DNA from: Mytilus edulis
Lineage: Eukaryota
Length of the DNA: 64,000 nucleotides
Assembly: GCF_963676685.1 (NCBI RefSeq)
Contig: NC_092349.1
Coordinates: 18,042,001 to 18,106,000, forward strand
Direction: 5' to 3'
This document shows, piece by piece, positions 38,301-50,239 of the stretch. The notes under the pieces are model-generated. The model was not told where the DNA came from and did not search any database. It worked only from the letters and a program-made list of their open reading frames with translations. The translations under genes and the position numbers were made by a program. Position 1 is the stretch's first letter; the number at the start of each line of letters is the position of its first letter.

Positions 38301-41300
38301 GAGATCAAATGGCTAATGACACTATAAATGTCACTGTGTGGGCCATATTAAGTGTTTGTTAATTTTATCATCTGCCATGTCTGCAGGGCCAAATAAAAGT
38401 GCACAGCAAAATAATGTTTAATTAGTTTTTAATAATAAATGATATGCATTTTAAATTTATTAACCTACATGTAGGTCAAGCAGACTCATGCTATGCCTTC
38501 AAACTATTGCTAATGCCCAGGTTTGTCTGTACTCAGAGTACAAATTTGAGGTGTAAAACACAGCCATTTTAGCCATAGGCTAAGGTCCACATGAACCATA
38601 TTATTACATACATTGTGTATATATACATGTACATATGCATAGATAAAAATACAATGGTACATGTACACCACATATATATAGTGATACAGCAAGATTTCAA
38701 ATCTCATAACTATGCTATTGTGTATTATATAATTTCGTTTTTTCAGTTCCTCAGATGCACCAAAGATAAAAATACCAAAGATTTATACAAAAACTGGGGA
38801 TAAAGGTATGCACACTATGTACACTATAATATAACAGCTTTATATTCTTTATTTATTAAAAAAATTCATTATTATTTATATATAACCATGCATGATAATA
38901 TTGAATTTCATGAACTACAATGGTCACAGCTGTTACTATTTCAAAATCCTTTACAAATGATCTTTTTTTCAGTGAATTAAGTGTACATCATACCACATCT
39001 TCATATATCTATTGTTACAACTTTATATATGATGAAAGTTTTTAATTACCTTGACTGACTATACAGCTCTTACACAGTCGACTCTGGCTTGCACCTTTAG
39101 GAGCATTTAGATAATTTTAATTTTTACCATAAAGTTTATAGTTTAGAATGATAAATAAGAAAAAAACCTTTTATCAATAAAAGTAATTGTGAATAAAAAT
39201 TTATATGCGCTATAGACACAGCTATATATATTGTATGCTACAGGGGTTGAAGTCATAAAACTTTGCTCAGTGCTTGGAGCACAAAAATCTTGCTCGAAAC
39301 ATGAAATCCAGCATTTTGATTGGTTGATTTTTTAGTACGAGAACAAAAAACTGACTCGAAAGTTTTATGACCGCAAGGCCTGGTCTTTAACATTTAAATC
39401 TTTTTTCTTTTTTTTCAGGAACATCTGCTTTATACACTGGTGAGAGGAGATCTAAAGATGATATGATATTCAGTGCCTTGGGCACTACAGATGAATTGTC
39501 ATCAGCAATAGGGTATGAACAGAAACAAAATATAGTATAAAATGTTTTTACAAAAATACAAAAAAATCTAAGGTAAATTCAGAACCGAAGAAAAACTTAT
39601 ACTGTTTATTTATAAATATTCATTGATTTTGTGGGTACAGGGGAACAACAAATTGAAACTTAAAAAAATAAAAATTATCTAAAGGAATGTATGTAGACTT
39701 GGCCAAAATAACAAAATTAGATATCCAAGAAAATGCAAATTTCCCTTAATCAATGAAAATTGCTACTCATATAATTAATAAATGCAGATTAATGATTAGG
39801 TAATATGTAACACCAAATGATGATTGATATGGAAAAACTGTCATATAAATCCTGTTTTGGATTTTTTCCCCTCTAAAAAAATAGAAAATATTGTTGGTTG
39901 AAACTATAACCTTGTTTTATAGCTAGCTAAACATCCCACTCATATGACAGTGGTTTATAGTTTCGCTTAAGTGACAAAATTGCATGAGCATGTTAGAGTA
40001 TGTCCAATATGTGAAAATGTGTTTGTAGGATTGCAGCAGAATATTGTACAGAATCCAGTATACCAGTCACAGACAGGTTACATGAGGTATTATCAGAAAT
40101 TATCATCACATAAAAAAAATGTATTTCGTGCAAATGTATACCATGTCTACTATTAAGGAGGGGTGAAATAAACAGATGGACATTTGAAGATTGCAAATAA
40201 ACTGACAAAGCCATGGCTAGAAAATAAAAAGACAAGCAGACAAATAATAGTACACAAGCCACAACATAGCTTATAGTGAACTAAAGACTAAGCAACACAA
40301 ATCCCACCAAAAAACTAGCTGTAATAAAAAGTTGATGGCTCATATTTTTCATGCTTTTAGTTTATTTAACAATTAATCTATAGTATTTGATTTAAGAAAT
40401 GGAGATGTGGTTTGATTGAGACAACTATCAACCAGAGTTTAAATTATGTAAAAGTTGGCAAATATAGATCACCTTACAGTTGTCTTTGTTTATGTAATTT
40501 ATACATGTTTCTCGTTCCTCTTTTTAGACCGTTGGTTTTCCTGTTTGAATGGTTTTACACTAGTCATTTTGGGGTCCTTTATAGCTTGTTGTTCGGTGTG
40601 AGCCAAGGCTCCATGTTGAAGGCCATACATTGACCTATAATGGTTTACTTTTTTTTAAATTGTTATTTGGATGGAGAGTTGTCTCATTGGCACTAACACC
40701 ACATCTTCCTATATCTATTTAACAATGAGAAAAAAAACCTCCTGCATAGCAAGCTATTAAAGACCCTGACATGCCAAATAAAAACCAATTCAAAGAAGAA
40801 AAACAACAGCCTGATATATCTTAAATTTATGATTAATTTTATCTAACTTTTTACAGATCTTTTGGACCTAGTAAGGCTTAGGGTTTTGTAAGGATCTAAA
40901 TTTTGACAGACGTAATGTGTCTCAAGGTAGTTGGGGTTGTGTAAAGCGTCACTTTAATTATTTGAACTTTGACCTAATTTTGTTTTTGTTATACTTAACT
41001 GTATTCATATGAGTTTTATTTTACAGGTACAATGTGCCTTACAAGATTTAGGGTCCTGTATAGCTACACCTTATTCATCTGCAAGAGAAGCCCATCTTAG
41101 TAAGTTAAGTAAATAAGATATGTACCTTGTACAACTCATAACTTTTTGAATTGACAGTTTCATGTTATCAACAATATTTCATAAAACAATGTAAACAATT
41201 ATATCAACATTTATGCTCTGAATGACTCTCTTGACTTGATTATATATAATTCACATTACTGTAAATTCAGAAATTATTGCGATTTTTTCATTCTAGACTA

Positions 41301-44300
41301 AAATGCAATTATAATTTTTGCAATATTGGGAAAAATCCTGTTAAATTTATATAAAAAAAAAGCAGATGTAAACAACATAAATGCTTGATCACTGTTTAAT
41401 TTACTGCTATGTTAAAACGCACTAATGACTTTAAATACATTTGTAAAAGTTGTCTCCCATATACCAGGTCTACCCCCTTAAGTATGATAAAAACGTGTCT
41501 AGGTAAGGTCAAATGCAGATTATAACATTCTGTGGATTCATTATTATTCATGGAATATCAATTTTGGTGGATTTCCCTGGTGAAGGAGAACCACAAATTC
41601 AAATGTTCAACGGTTTACAAGTGTTCTATAGGCTTGTATGCGGACTTTGGCAAAACCAGGAAATTATCAATGAAAATACAATGTTTACTAAATCCAGGAA
41701 ATAAATGAATCCACAGTTGCATACATAAAATTTGGCTTAGTGTGACCACATGCTACCAGTGTCAGTAACTTCTTGACTGGCATTTATGAAATAAATATTC
41801 ACAACAGTTAAAATGATTTATATAAATTACAAGCTTAATTCTGTAGTTGTGTTAGCAATAATTAATATTGGTTATTTTTTCCAGGAAAGACCACCTTTAG
41901 TGATAAATATGTGGCAGATTTAGAAAATTGGATTGATGAATACACTGCAGAGTTACCTCCTCTTACTAATTTTATCTTGCCAGTAAGTTTTTACTTCTGT
42001 TAAACTTTATACTATTACTATGCTTATCTTAACTTTATATAATAAGAATTTAAAAATATGGGAACACAGATGTAAGACAACAATTCAAAAACCTAATTAT
42101 CATGAATTTATTTATTTTTGTGGGTACCAATTTTCGTATTTTCAGAAAGACTCGATTTTTTGTTAATAATTGACACCATGTATCATTGGTACAGCGGATA
42201 TAGCTGTATAGGTTTTTCGAAGTGGGAAAAGCTATATTCCGTACACACATTTAACTATTTACCATTCAGAAGGATTTATGTGATCAGCTATACAGCGTAT
42301 ACAAGGCTTCTTTTGAGAAATAAAATATCGATAAATAACATATATGTATGAAAGATTTCAATGCCAATTATTGAAACAGCTATACATATTACGCACACAC
42401 AGTGGCCTTCTATCAGAAAAAAGAGTTGCAATGAATAAAGAATCATATGGGATGAGACAAGCATCAACTTCTTTGACAAGTATTTGCACATGTTTTAAGT
42501 AAGCGTTCTTGATTTAGGAAAAAATTCAGACTTCTCTAATCATCAACCTACAACCAAATCATTTCTTAAAACAACAATTATCTTTACATTGTAGTAAACA
42601 TTGATATTGTGTAAACAAAACAAAGATTTTCATACCGTGTCAGAAGAAAAATTGATCATGACCGCTTGGTTATTAGTTCCTATATCCACTGTACCGATGA
42701 TACATGGTGATTAATTTCATGGTTTTACCAATGTCTGCACACAAGCCTACAGGACATTAGTGATACTTTAAACATATAAATTCAGGATTCTCTTGGAATA
42801 CAATTAAAGAATAGAGAATAATTGGAAAACAAACTAAGAATAGAGAAATATGGCCTTAAACAAGAATAATGCACAGCCATCCACCACTGAAATCTCTTAG
42901 CATTACAATAGACATTTTTTGTAGCTTGAAAGATCTCAGAAAACTATATGTCAAAAAGTAAGATCTTGAGTAAATCTTTCAGTACTAGGGAAAAAGGATA
43001 ATTGAGTTATCTTTCTTGGAACTGTATTTGTTTTTGATTTTTTTTTGTACATTCTGATATTATTATGATTGTAGTCAGGAGGAAAGTCAGCCACACATAT
43101 GCACCTAGCAAGATCTATCTGTAGGCGAGCTGAAAGAAGGTAAATTTCTCACTTAATAACTTAGAAATTCACACCTATAGGTCACAATGAGCAAAGTTAA
43201 TATGCTTGTTTAGTCTTGAAAAGTTTAATTTTTTTTTTCATCAACTCCATCTTTTAGAAATAGAAAATAAATTATAAACTTTGGAAGGGAGATTTGCTTT
43301 GAATATTTTTTCTGTATGTTTTGTTTTAAGTTAAATATTGAAACCAAAAGTCAAAAGAGTTATGACAAAATATCTGGTAATTTTTCAGGGTAATACTGTC
43401 AGTGTTTTCTATGTTTCAGATACTGTAAATTTATTCGAATTATTGCGTTTATTTATTATTATGAATTTTGAAAGGTCAAATATGGGATAATGATAAATGT
43501 TTATGCTTAGTGGGTCTTTTTTTTGCAGCTTGACACCATTAATTAGAGCTGAAGAAATTGGTCCTGAACCCTTAAAGTATTTAAACAGGTATTAATTGAT
43601 TTCCTAAGCTGGTATATAAGAATGTGGCTTTAAGTGTTTTAAACAACAATGCAGAGATAATACATGTAATATGAACAGTTTGTCAAACCAAAATAGCAAC
43701 ACATGAACATAAAACAAAAAGTATAAAAAAAAGACACATTCAATTTAAGTTGATGAAAAATGGACAGAATAAAAAAGGAACCACACTTTCCGGAAACAAG
43801 AGAAGTCATTTTCTATTAAAAGATCTATATACCGATATGCATAATTTTTCCCTCTAAGGGTCCATTATTCTTCTGTTAGATGATTCCTGTAACATAAATC
43901 AGCTGTTATCATTTTGTTTATTAGGATTCCAACCAGTCAGTTCCAAATAGTTATCAAAGGTACCAGGATTATAATTTAGTACACCAGACGCGCGTTTCAT
44001 CTTCATAAGACTCATCAGTGACACTCATATCAAAATATTTATAAAGCCAAACAAGTACAAAGTTGAAGAGCATTGAGCATTTCCAAAGGCTGATTCAGAA
44101 ATTTTTATAAGAGGGGACCAACTGACTGGCTTGACAGGGCTTGGGTCCTGCTTCAATTATTCCTTATATAATCAAACAAATCTTTTCCAGAAAAAGGGGA
44201 GGGGGTGGTTGCCCACCTCTAAATCAGCTTCTAAGTCTAAATCTGCAGTGTCTTTTTTGATAAAAATCTTGATTTAGCGATTTCATATCATTTCTCAATT

Positions 44301-44645
44301 TATGAATCTTTGAATGTTTTACATTATAATGGAAGATTGATTTTCTAAAGTAAGAATGCCTTTATCAAATCTTGATTTTGCTTTAATTTTGAAAGGCATG
44401 CATGAATACTGAATTTATTTATTGAAATATTTTTTTGCTGGAGTTTATTTTATTAACACATTGACTCCCCGAATTATCATGATTATCTGTGTGATATTTT
44501 ATGTCTCAATAATAGTATTTCTGTTATAAATGACTGTTCACCTTTCAGGTTAAGTGACTTTTTATTTACAACAGCCAGATATGCTGCTATGAAGGAAGGA
44601 AGAGAAGAAATTATTTACAGAAGAATACATGCAGATGAAAAATAG
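32316..44645 (+). CDS. MMAB: Corrinoid (cob(I)alamin) adenosyltransferase, mitochondrial (224 aa, 9 coding exons)
   Basis: Exons 32316-32386, 38747-38805, 39419-39512, 40029-40086, 41027-41099, 41885-41982, 43075-43139, 43529-43588, 44549-44645; 675 nt with matching phases. Presequence-like [26 protein letters not shown]; PduO-type motifs [64 protein letters not shown] at 44715-44720. Confidence 0.97.
33371..34645. mobile_element. Non-autonomous DNA transposon (hAT-like termini) in MMAB intron 1
   Basis: TIR caggggttaaaaaat / attttttaacccctg; attttg on both flanks; subterminal gcccgac/gggctagt motifs. Confidence 0.65.
34689..35826. mobile_element. Non-autonomous DNA transposon with about 35-bp imperfect TIRs
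   Basis: aggccaactaaaattaattagtagattttcatcc versus ggatgaaaatctagcaattaattttaattggcct. Confidence 0.6.
36750..37247 (+). CDS. Gypsy/GIN1-like integrase N-terminal zinc-binding (H2C2) ORF/exon nested in MMAB intron 1; candidate alternative coding exon of MMAB
   Basis: 165-aa intact ORF with [15 protein letters not shown]...[21 protein letters not shown] and only the first motif of the integrase core (W...GIDLISPF). Acceptor ttttcag ends at 36697; donor gtaagt at 37244-37249 (phase 2). Confidence 0.8.
   Translation: MEESEYEDIFNYTNFQEYRIGLTENQKRKIRNRVRDFMVKNGQLYYIKDTPDERLVITKDKKDSIIKLCHVGTGPSHLGRNKTISKISDSYYWLGIVKDVTDFVKTCLQCQNENKKTTKTCHACHCQEIMPEHVTIKREWNDDGIDLISPFLQSDEISLSSGGFK
37407..37679. 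mobile_element. 273-bp TTAA-flanked MITE (Kolobok-like)
   Basis: TTAA-ggtggtacctaacact ... agtgttaggtaccacc-TTAA. Confidence 0.8.
43945..44080 (-). repeat. Copy of the family A hammerhead-bearing repeat, reverse orientation, in MMAB intron 8
   Basis: Reverse complement reads GUGUCA-CUGAUGA-GUCUuaugaAGAU-GAAA-CGCGCG-UC-UGGUGU; flanks match 1130-1260. Confidence 0.7.
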
Positions 44646-46312
44646 ACATAATTCGCTTTAATGTCATCTGACGATATATATGATAATGTTAAATTAGTCA
44701 TGTAATTGTTTGTAAATAAAGTATATTTATTGTTTTTTAAAACATTTTTTTTCCTCATGGCTCATAATTGTGAACTTTATAAGACAATTTGTTTTGGATT
44801 TTTAATTTCAACAAAAAAGTAATAAACATCAAAAGTTTACCAAAACTTATAAATAAACAAATAAATGACAACCAACCCTGTAGTAAATGACTGATACTTT
44901 TGATGAAAATGAAAAGCCAGGTATCATGACGTTCTGAGCATTTTAGACTTGTCTGATTGTCTCCATTTACAGCCGTTTTCTAGATATAAGATAAGTTTCT
45001 TGCATTGTCACTAATTCTTTAATTTTTTTTGCATGGTTATTGACCAGAAGAATAACAAGAATCATTTCTCAAATTTGGTTCTAATTTGCGAAGAGGTAAA
45101 ATATATTTCCAATAGATAAAAGAATCAATTCTAAAAATAAATTTAATTTTCCTCATTTTGAAATTGTTTAGAATAAATAAAATGCATATCTTTCCAGGTG
45201 CATTGATTTGGTTATAGAAAATAAAAACACAATTAAGTATTTTAAATATTTAAGCATCAACATAAATCAGTTAGGTATGGCTACAGAAACGTTTCAGAAT
45301 GGGTAATTTTAGACATCTATATGTGCTATTTGAATGATTAGTTTAAAATATTCTTTATGCATTTTATGATGGCTTGAATATCAAATGTTACTAATAGATA
45401 AACTTTTAACACTCTTTTGGACATTTTAAGATTGGAAACTGTTTTTTTTAAACCAAAATTTCTTCTGCAATCCTTATATGGTTAAACATATCACTGTTCT
45501 AGAAATAATACCACCATTGATTTTCCCCTATTAGTCTTTGTTAAATTTTCACTTTTCAAAAAATTGTGTAAAATTTATTTTTGCTTCAAATAAAGAAATA
45601 CTTGGCATGAGTAAAGTTTTATCCTGTCCAGTACTATAGAAAAAATTTCACATAATATTTCATTGCATATAAGAAAATAATCATCACTGAAAGTTAACCA
45701 ATCAAAATTCCCCCCTTATTTAACCTGTGCATGTGTGTAACCAGTGTAACCAATGTAACCATTAGGTCAATGAAGGTTACAAATGTGTACCAGGATTTGA
45801 GAAGTCTGAATATGATGATTGATGATAATTTGTATGAGTGTAACCAATGTAACCAATGTAACCATTATCTCAATGGGGGTTACAAAACAAGGTAACTGAA
45901 TTTTGGTGCACATTTTGTGCCTTATATGTGAATTGGCCACCTTCTTGTCATAAAATTGGTTCAATCCACCATTTTCCTCTTTCGAAATGCCTGCACCAAG
46001 TCAAGAATATGTCAGTTGTTTTCTATTCGTTAAGTGTGTTTGAGCTATTGGTTTTGGCATTTCATTTGGGACTTCAGAGTTCGGTATTTGAGTTATTTTT
46101 CTTTTAAGAATTAAGTTCATTCGGATCATATATAATGTTTCGGATTAGTTAAACAACATCATCGTAAAATGTAGAAAGTGCTTTTCCATCCGAAATATGT
46201 TTCTTACAGGTAAGGCCAAAACATTGATATAGATATATATCGTTTTATGTTTTTCCTTGTATGGTTGCTATCTTAATGACATATTTCCCACAAACACCCT
46301 TTTTTAATAAAG

Positions 46313-47243
46313 CTTTTTATATGACCGCAAAAATTTAAAAAAATTTGGTCGTATATTGGTATAACGTTGGCATCGTCGTCGTCTGAAGACATTTGGTTTT
46401 CGCACTATAACTTTAGTATAAGTGAAAAGAAATCTATGAAATTTAAACACAAGGTTTATGACAACAAAAAGGAAGGTTGGGATTGATTTTGGGAGTTTTT
46501 GTCCTAACAGTTTAGGAACTAGGGGCCAAAAGGGTCCAAAATTAAACTTTGTTTGATTTCATTAAAAATTGAATTATTTGGATTCTTTGATATGCCAAAT
46601 CTAACCATGCATTTAGATTCTTAATTTTTGGTCCCGTTTTGAAATTGGTCTACGTTAAGGTCCAAAGGGTCCCAAACTAAACTTAGTTTGATTTTAACAA
46701 AAATTGAATTGAAGGGGTTCTTTGAATTGCTGAATCTAAAGATGTACTAAGATTTTTGACTATGGGCCCAGTTTTCAAGTTGGTCCAAATCGGGGTCTAA
46801 GATTAAACTTTGTTTGATTTCAACAAAAATTGAATATCAGTTGAGGTTCTTCAATATGCGGAATTTAACCATGTATTTAGATTTTTAATATTTGGGCCCA
46901 GATATCAAATTGGTCCACATTGAGGTCTAAAGGGTCAAAAATTGAACATTATTAGATTTCATAAAAAATTGAATTCTTGGGGTTCTTTGATATGCTGAAT
47001 TTAACCATGTATTTAGATTTTGGATATTGGACCATAATAGGTAAATGTTCAATTTAAAATTTTTAAGTTTAAGTTCTTAGACCACATTCATTCTGTGTCA
47101 GAAACCTATCTTGTGTCATTTATTTAATCACAATCCAAATTCAGAGCTGTATCAAGCTTGAATGTTGTGTCCATACTTGCCCCAACTGTTCCTGCTTCAA
47201 CCTCTGCGGTCGTATAAAGCTTCGCCCTGCGGAGCATCTAGTT
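46313..47243 (-). mobile_element. Helentron/HINE-like element with internal 125-140-bp tandem repeats
   Basis: Terminal hairpin atatgacc...ggtcgtat, short (CGT)n, four related units starting near 46551, 46686, 46812 and 46953. Confidence 0.6.
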
Positions 47244-47370
47244 GGAATAAAAAAAACATTAATATATAACGAATTTGTATTTATGTACAAAAACATAAAA
47301 TACTCCAGTATAAATATTTATAACGAGGTGCAATTATATTGTTAAATATATGGAAAATACATTTTTTTTA

Positions 47371-47526
47371 AGAATTGAATGCTGCTTTTTGTAAATTTAT
47401 TGGGGTGTAAAAGCGTTGACCGAAGTACATTTTGTATGAAGGGCGGAAGCGCTTCATACTAAAAATGTGCGCACGGTCAACGCTTTTACAACCCTATAAA
47501 GTTACAAAAAGAAGCATTCAATACTT
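47371..47526. repeat. About 155-bp imperfect palindrome (foldback element end)
   Basis: ttgaatgc...tgtaaaagcgttgaccg...gtatgaag / cttcatac...cggtcaacgcttttaca...gcattcaa. Confidence 0.7.
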
Positions 47527-48893
47527 ATAATTACATTTTTTTTAGCTAGAATCATGAAAACACGATTTTTATCAAGTTTTCATTTAATTTACCTGTGCAC
47601 TTTATTGCGGGACCTCGTGTCATCATGAATGATAAATGTTATTGTCTAATACAATTGTTTCAGGAATAGCACGAGATGTGCAGTTGGCCAATCAGAATAA
47701 CGTATTATAATGAAACATACATCTAATGTAATTATTTAGAAATTATTATCGTATGTTTTAAAGTTAAATGCATAAAATCAAGGTAAAACAAATGAAACAA
47801 ACATAACCGCAATATGACACATGAAGAGAGGCGAAATATATCAAATAGCAATTCAAACTAATAAATCGAAAAAACCAGCTGAAAATTCCATGGCTAAAAA
47901 AGGAAAAGACCAGAAGACACACAACAGTAAACAAAAAAACACATAGAAAACCCAAGACTGAACAACACAAACCCCACCAAAACTGTCTGTGATATCTTAT
48001 TGTATGTGAATTACACTATTATATTAATGGAGTTAAAAAAACAAACAAAAAAGAGTTCATCCATTAAGGTTCATGTGGACCCTTTGCTAAAAATGGCTGT
48101 TTTTTCGACTCAAAATTTACAGAGTACAGACAAATTCGTGCATCTGGAAAAGTTTTAAGGCATAGCATGCCCTAGATAAATAGAATTCAAATGTATTGTA
48201 TGATCTAGAAAATTCATAACTTAACTGGATTTTGCCGTGCACTTTTTTCGTGCCTGCAGAAGATGATAAGCAAAAAATGTACTTTAATGACTCCAGAAGT
48301 TGTCATAAACCTTAAGCATACAACATGATTACAAAAAGTATAAAAAAAAATACCAATTTTTGTACTACTGAAATACTGCATATTTATTATTTGGCAACTG
48401 ATTTATAAGAAAATATATTTGTTCGTTTGAACAGTTTCAATGTTAAATCTGAATTAAGAATCATGATATGAAAAACTTTTAAACTTCTGTTTGAAGCCTA
48501 TTTGTATATTTGGGTCATCTGAATCTGACATTAACATTGGATTTGTAATTTATCATAGTTGATAAAATAATAGTTAGAAAACGTGCACATGATCTGATGA
48601 ATGTAACTTTCTATAAATAAAGCATTTGTAAAGGCAACAGTAGTATACCGCTGCTCGAAATTTATAAATCGATAGAGAAAAAAAAACACAAATCCGAGTT
48701 ACAAACTAAAACTGAGGGAAACGCGTCAAATATAAGAGAACTACGACACAACAGATACATAATATTAAAATGTACGACACACAGAAACGAACTATAATAT
48801 AACAAATATAAAAATTGATATTGACATTTGTATGTTTGATCAATTTAGAATTGCATTGATCATATTTTGTCTTAATACAGTTTTACAGTATTT

Positions 48894-50081
48894 TCATTTC
48901 ATCCCAGTAAGACAATAGAAGAACATGAGTTCTGTGAGAATAGTTGCCGCCAGTATGATCATAATTAATCTATTAAGAAATGTAGCAAAAACTTTCCATT
49001 GTGCAGTGCTTTCGAAGTGTCCGTCTTTTTCAATAGGCCCGACTTGACTTCCCTTCTTGCATGTATATGATGTTAAACATTTTAGCCATCTCGGGGCTGG
49101 CTTTGCTGCGTCTTTATTGTAAAATAAGTGAATAAGCAAGACACACAGTGTTATCATGGTACTAAACACAAGCTGCAATATCAAAAACATGTTGAAATTT
49201 GATAACGGATCCGTTGCCGGAAGTTTGTCTTCCACCATTGTCATGAATACGGTGAAGGTCAGCAGCATCGTTACGGAGTATGCCATTCTGTCAGAGGAAT
49301 CAAGCGGCAGTAGAAACACTAACAAGTTCGCTACACTTATGACATAAACCGGAACTACTAAATTCATCATCATAAAAAGGGGTCTACGTGCGAGTTTGAT
49401 CTGGTATCTTAACTGTGACCATGTTACGTCGGCATGGAGTGGACCAGTTTGTACTGTAGACTCGTGAATTGTGAATTCAGAATGCATTGTGGTATAATTG
49501 ATGTGCGCGCCATCTCTATTCGTTACCAGTTTGACGTCGATAGCAGGGTGCATCGAATCTAACTGAACTGAACATTCGTGTTCATCGAATGGAAACTTTG
49601 ATATATCAACATTACAGATTGTTTCCCAAACACCTGAACTTGTTATAGTTGCTGATCCGTTATAGAGATATGTTACATAAATCATTTTACTGTCGAAGTA
49701 ATTATCAAATTTATACAAGGAATGATAACCAATGGTGTTGCCAATCACAACTTTCGGAACCCAGGCATCATGAATAGACAGTTGTAAGAAGTCCAGATTT
49801 CCATGCTCGGTAGGTTTCCATGCTATTATTTCATCCCACCATTTTAATGTAAATTTTCCCAAAAATGTAAAAACTCCACTTTTTTCATTAAAGTCTATGA
49901 CTGAGTTAATATGAAATTTGATGTACACATTAACTGTTTCAGCACTTAGTTCTCTTGGTTTTACATGCTTTGTGTAGTTAGCCAGGACTGAGTTGTAAAG
50001 CTTTCTTGCAAACTGATAATTCATTCCACAACAAATGTTTACAAGTGCGGACATTAAGATAAATCTACAGAAAACCAACAT
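48894..50081 (-). CDS. Intronless Cys-loop ligand-gated ion channel subunit, divergent nicotinic acetylcholine receptor-like (non-alpha), about 395 aa
   Basis: First ATG at 50081 (the track start at 50105 is GTG). Signal peptide, Cys-loop CNVDISKFPFDEHEC, WVPKV, ARRP followed by four hydrophobic TM segments; no vicinal Cys pair. Confidence 0.93.
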   Translation of the reverse strand: MLVFCRFILMSALVNICCGMNYQFARKLYNSVLANYTKHVKPRELSAETVNVYIKFHINSVIDFNEKSGVFTFLGKFTLKWWDEIIAWKPTEHGNLDFLQLSIHDAWVPKVVIGNTIGYHSLYKFDNYFDSKMIYVTYLYNGSATITSSGVWETICNVDISKFPFDEHECSVQLDSMHPAIDVKLVTNRDGAHINYTTMHSEFTIHESTVQTGPLHADVTWSQLRYQIKLARRPLFMMMNLVVPVYVISVANLLVFLLPLDSSDRMAYSVTMLLTFTVFMTMVEDKLPATDPLSNFNMFLILQLVFSTMITLCVLLIHLFYNKDAAKPAPRWLKCLTSYTCKKGSQVGPIEKDGHFESTAQWKVFATFLNRLIMIILAATILTELMFFYCLTGMK

Positions 50082-50239
50082 CTTTCTTAAAAAATAAAAT
50101 TCCACCCTTAAGAAAGTGTTGAATATCCCGGAATGCGGTTTAGATTGGACTATATATCGGAATTTCTTTTACAGCAACAACGTTATTAAACTATTGCAAA
50201 AACCTCGTGGGCGTTTTATATCAATTGATGTTCACTCTT

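Noticed and set aside
50082-50105. ORF-track N-terminal extension of the receptor
   Set aside because: Starts at GTG; the first ATG at 50081 gives a proper signal peptide.
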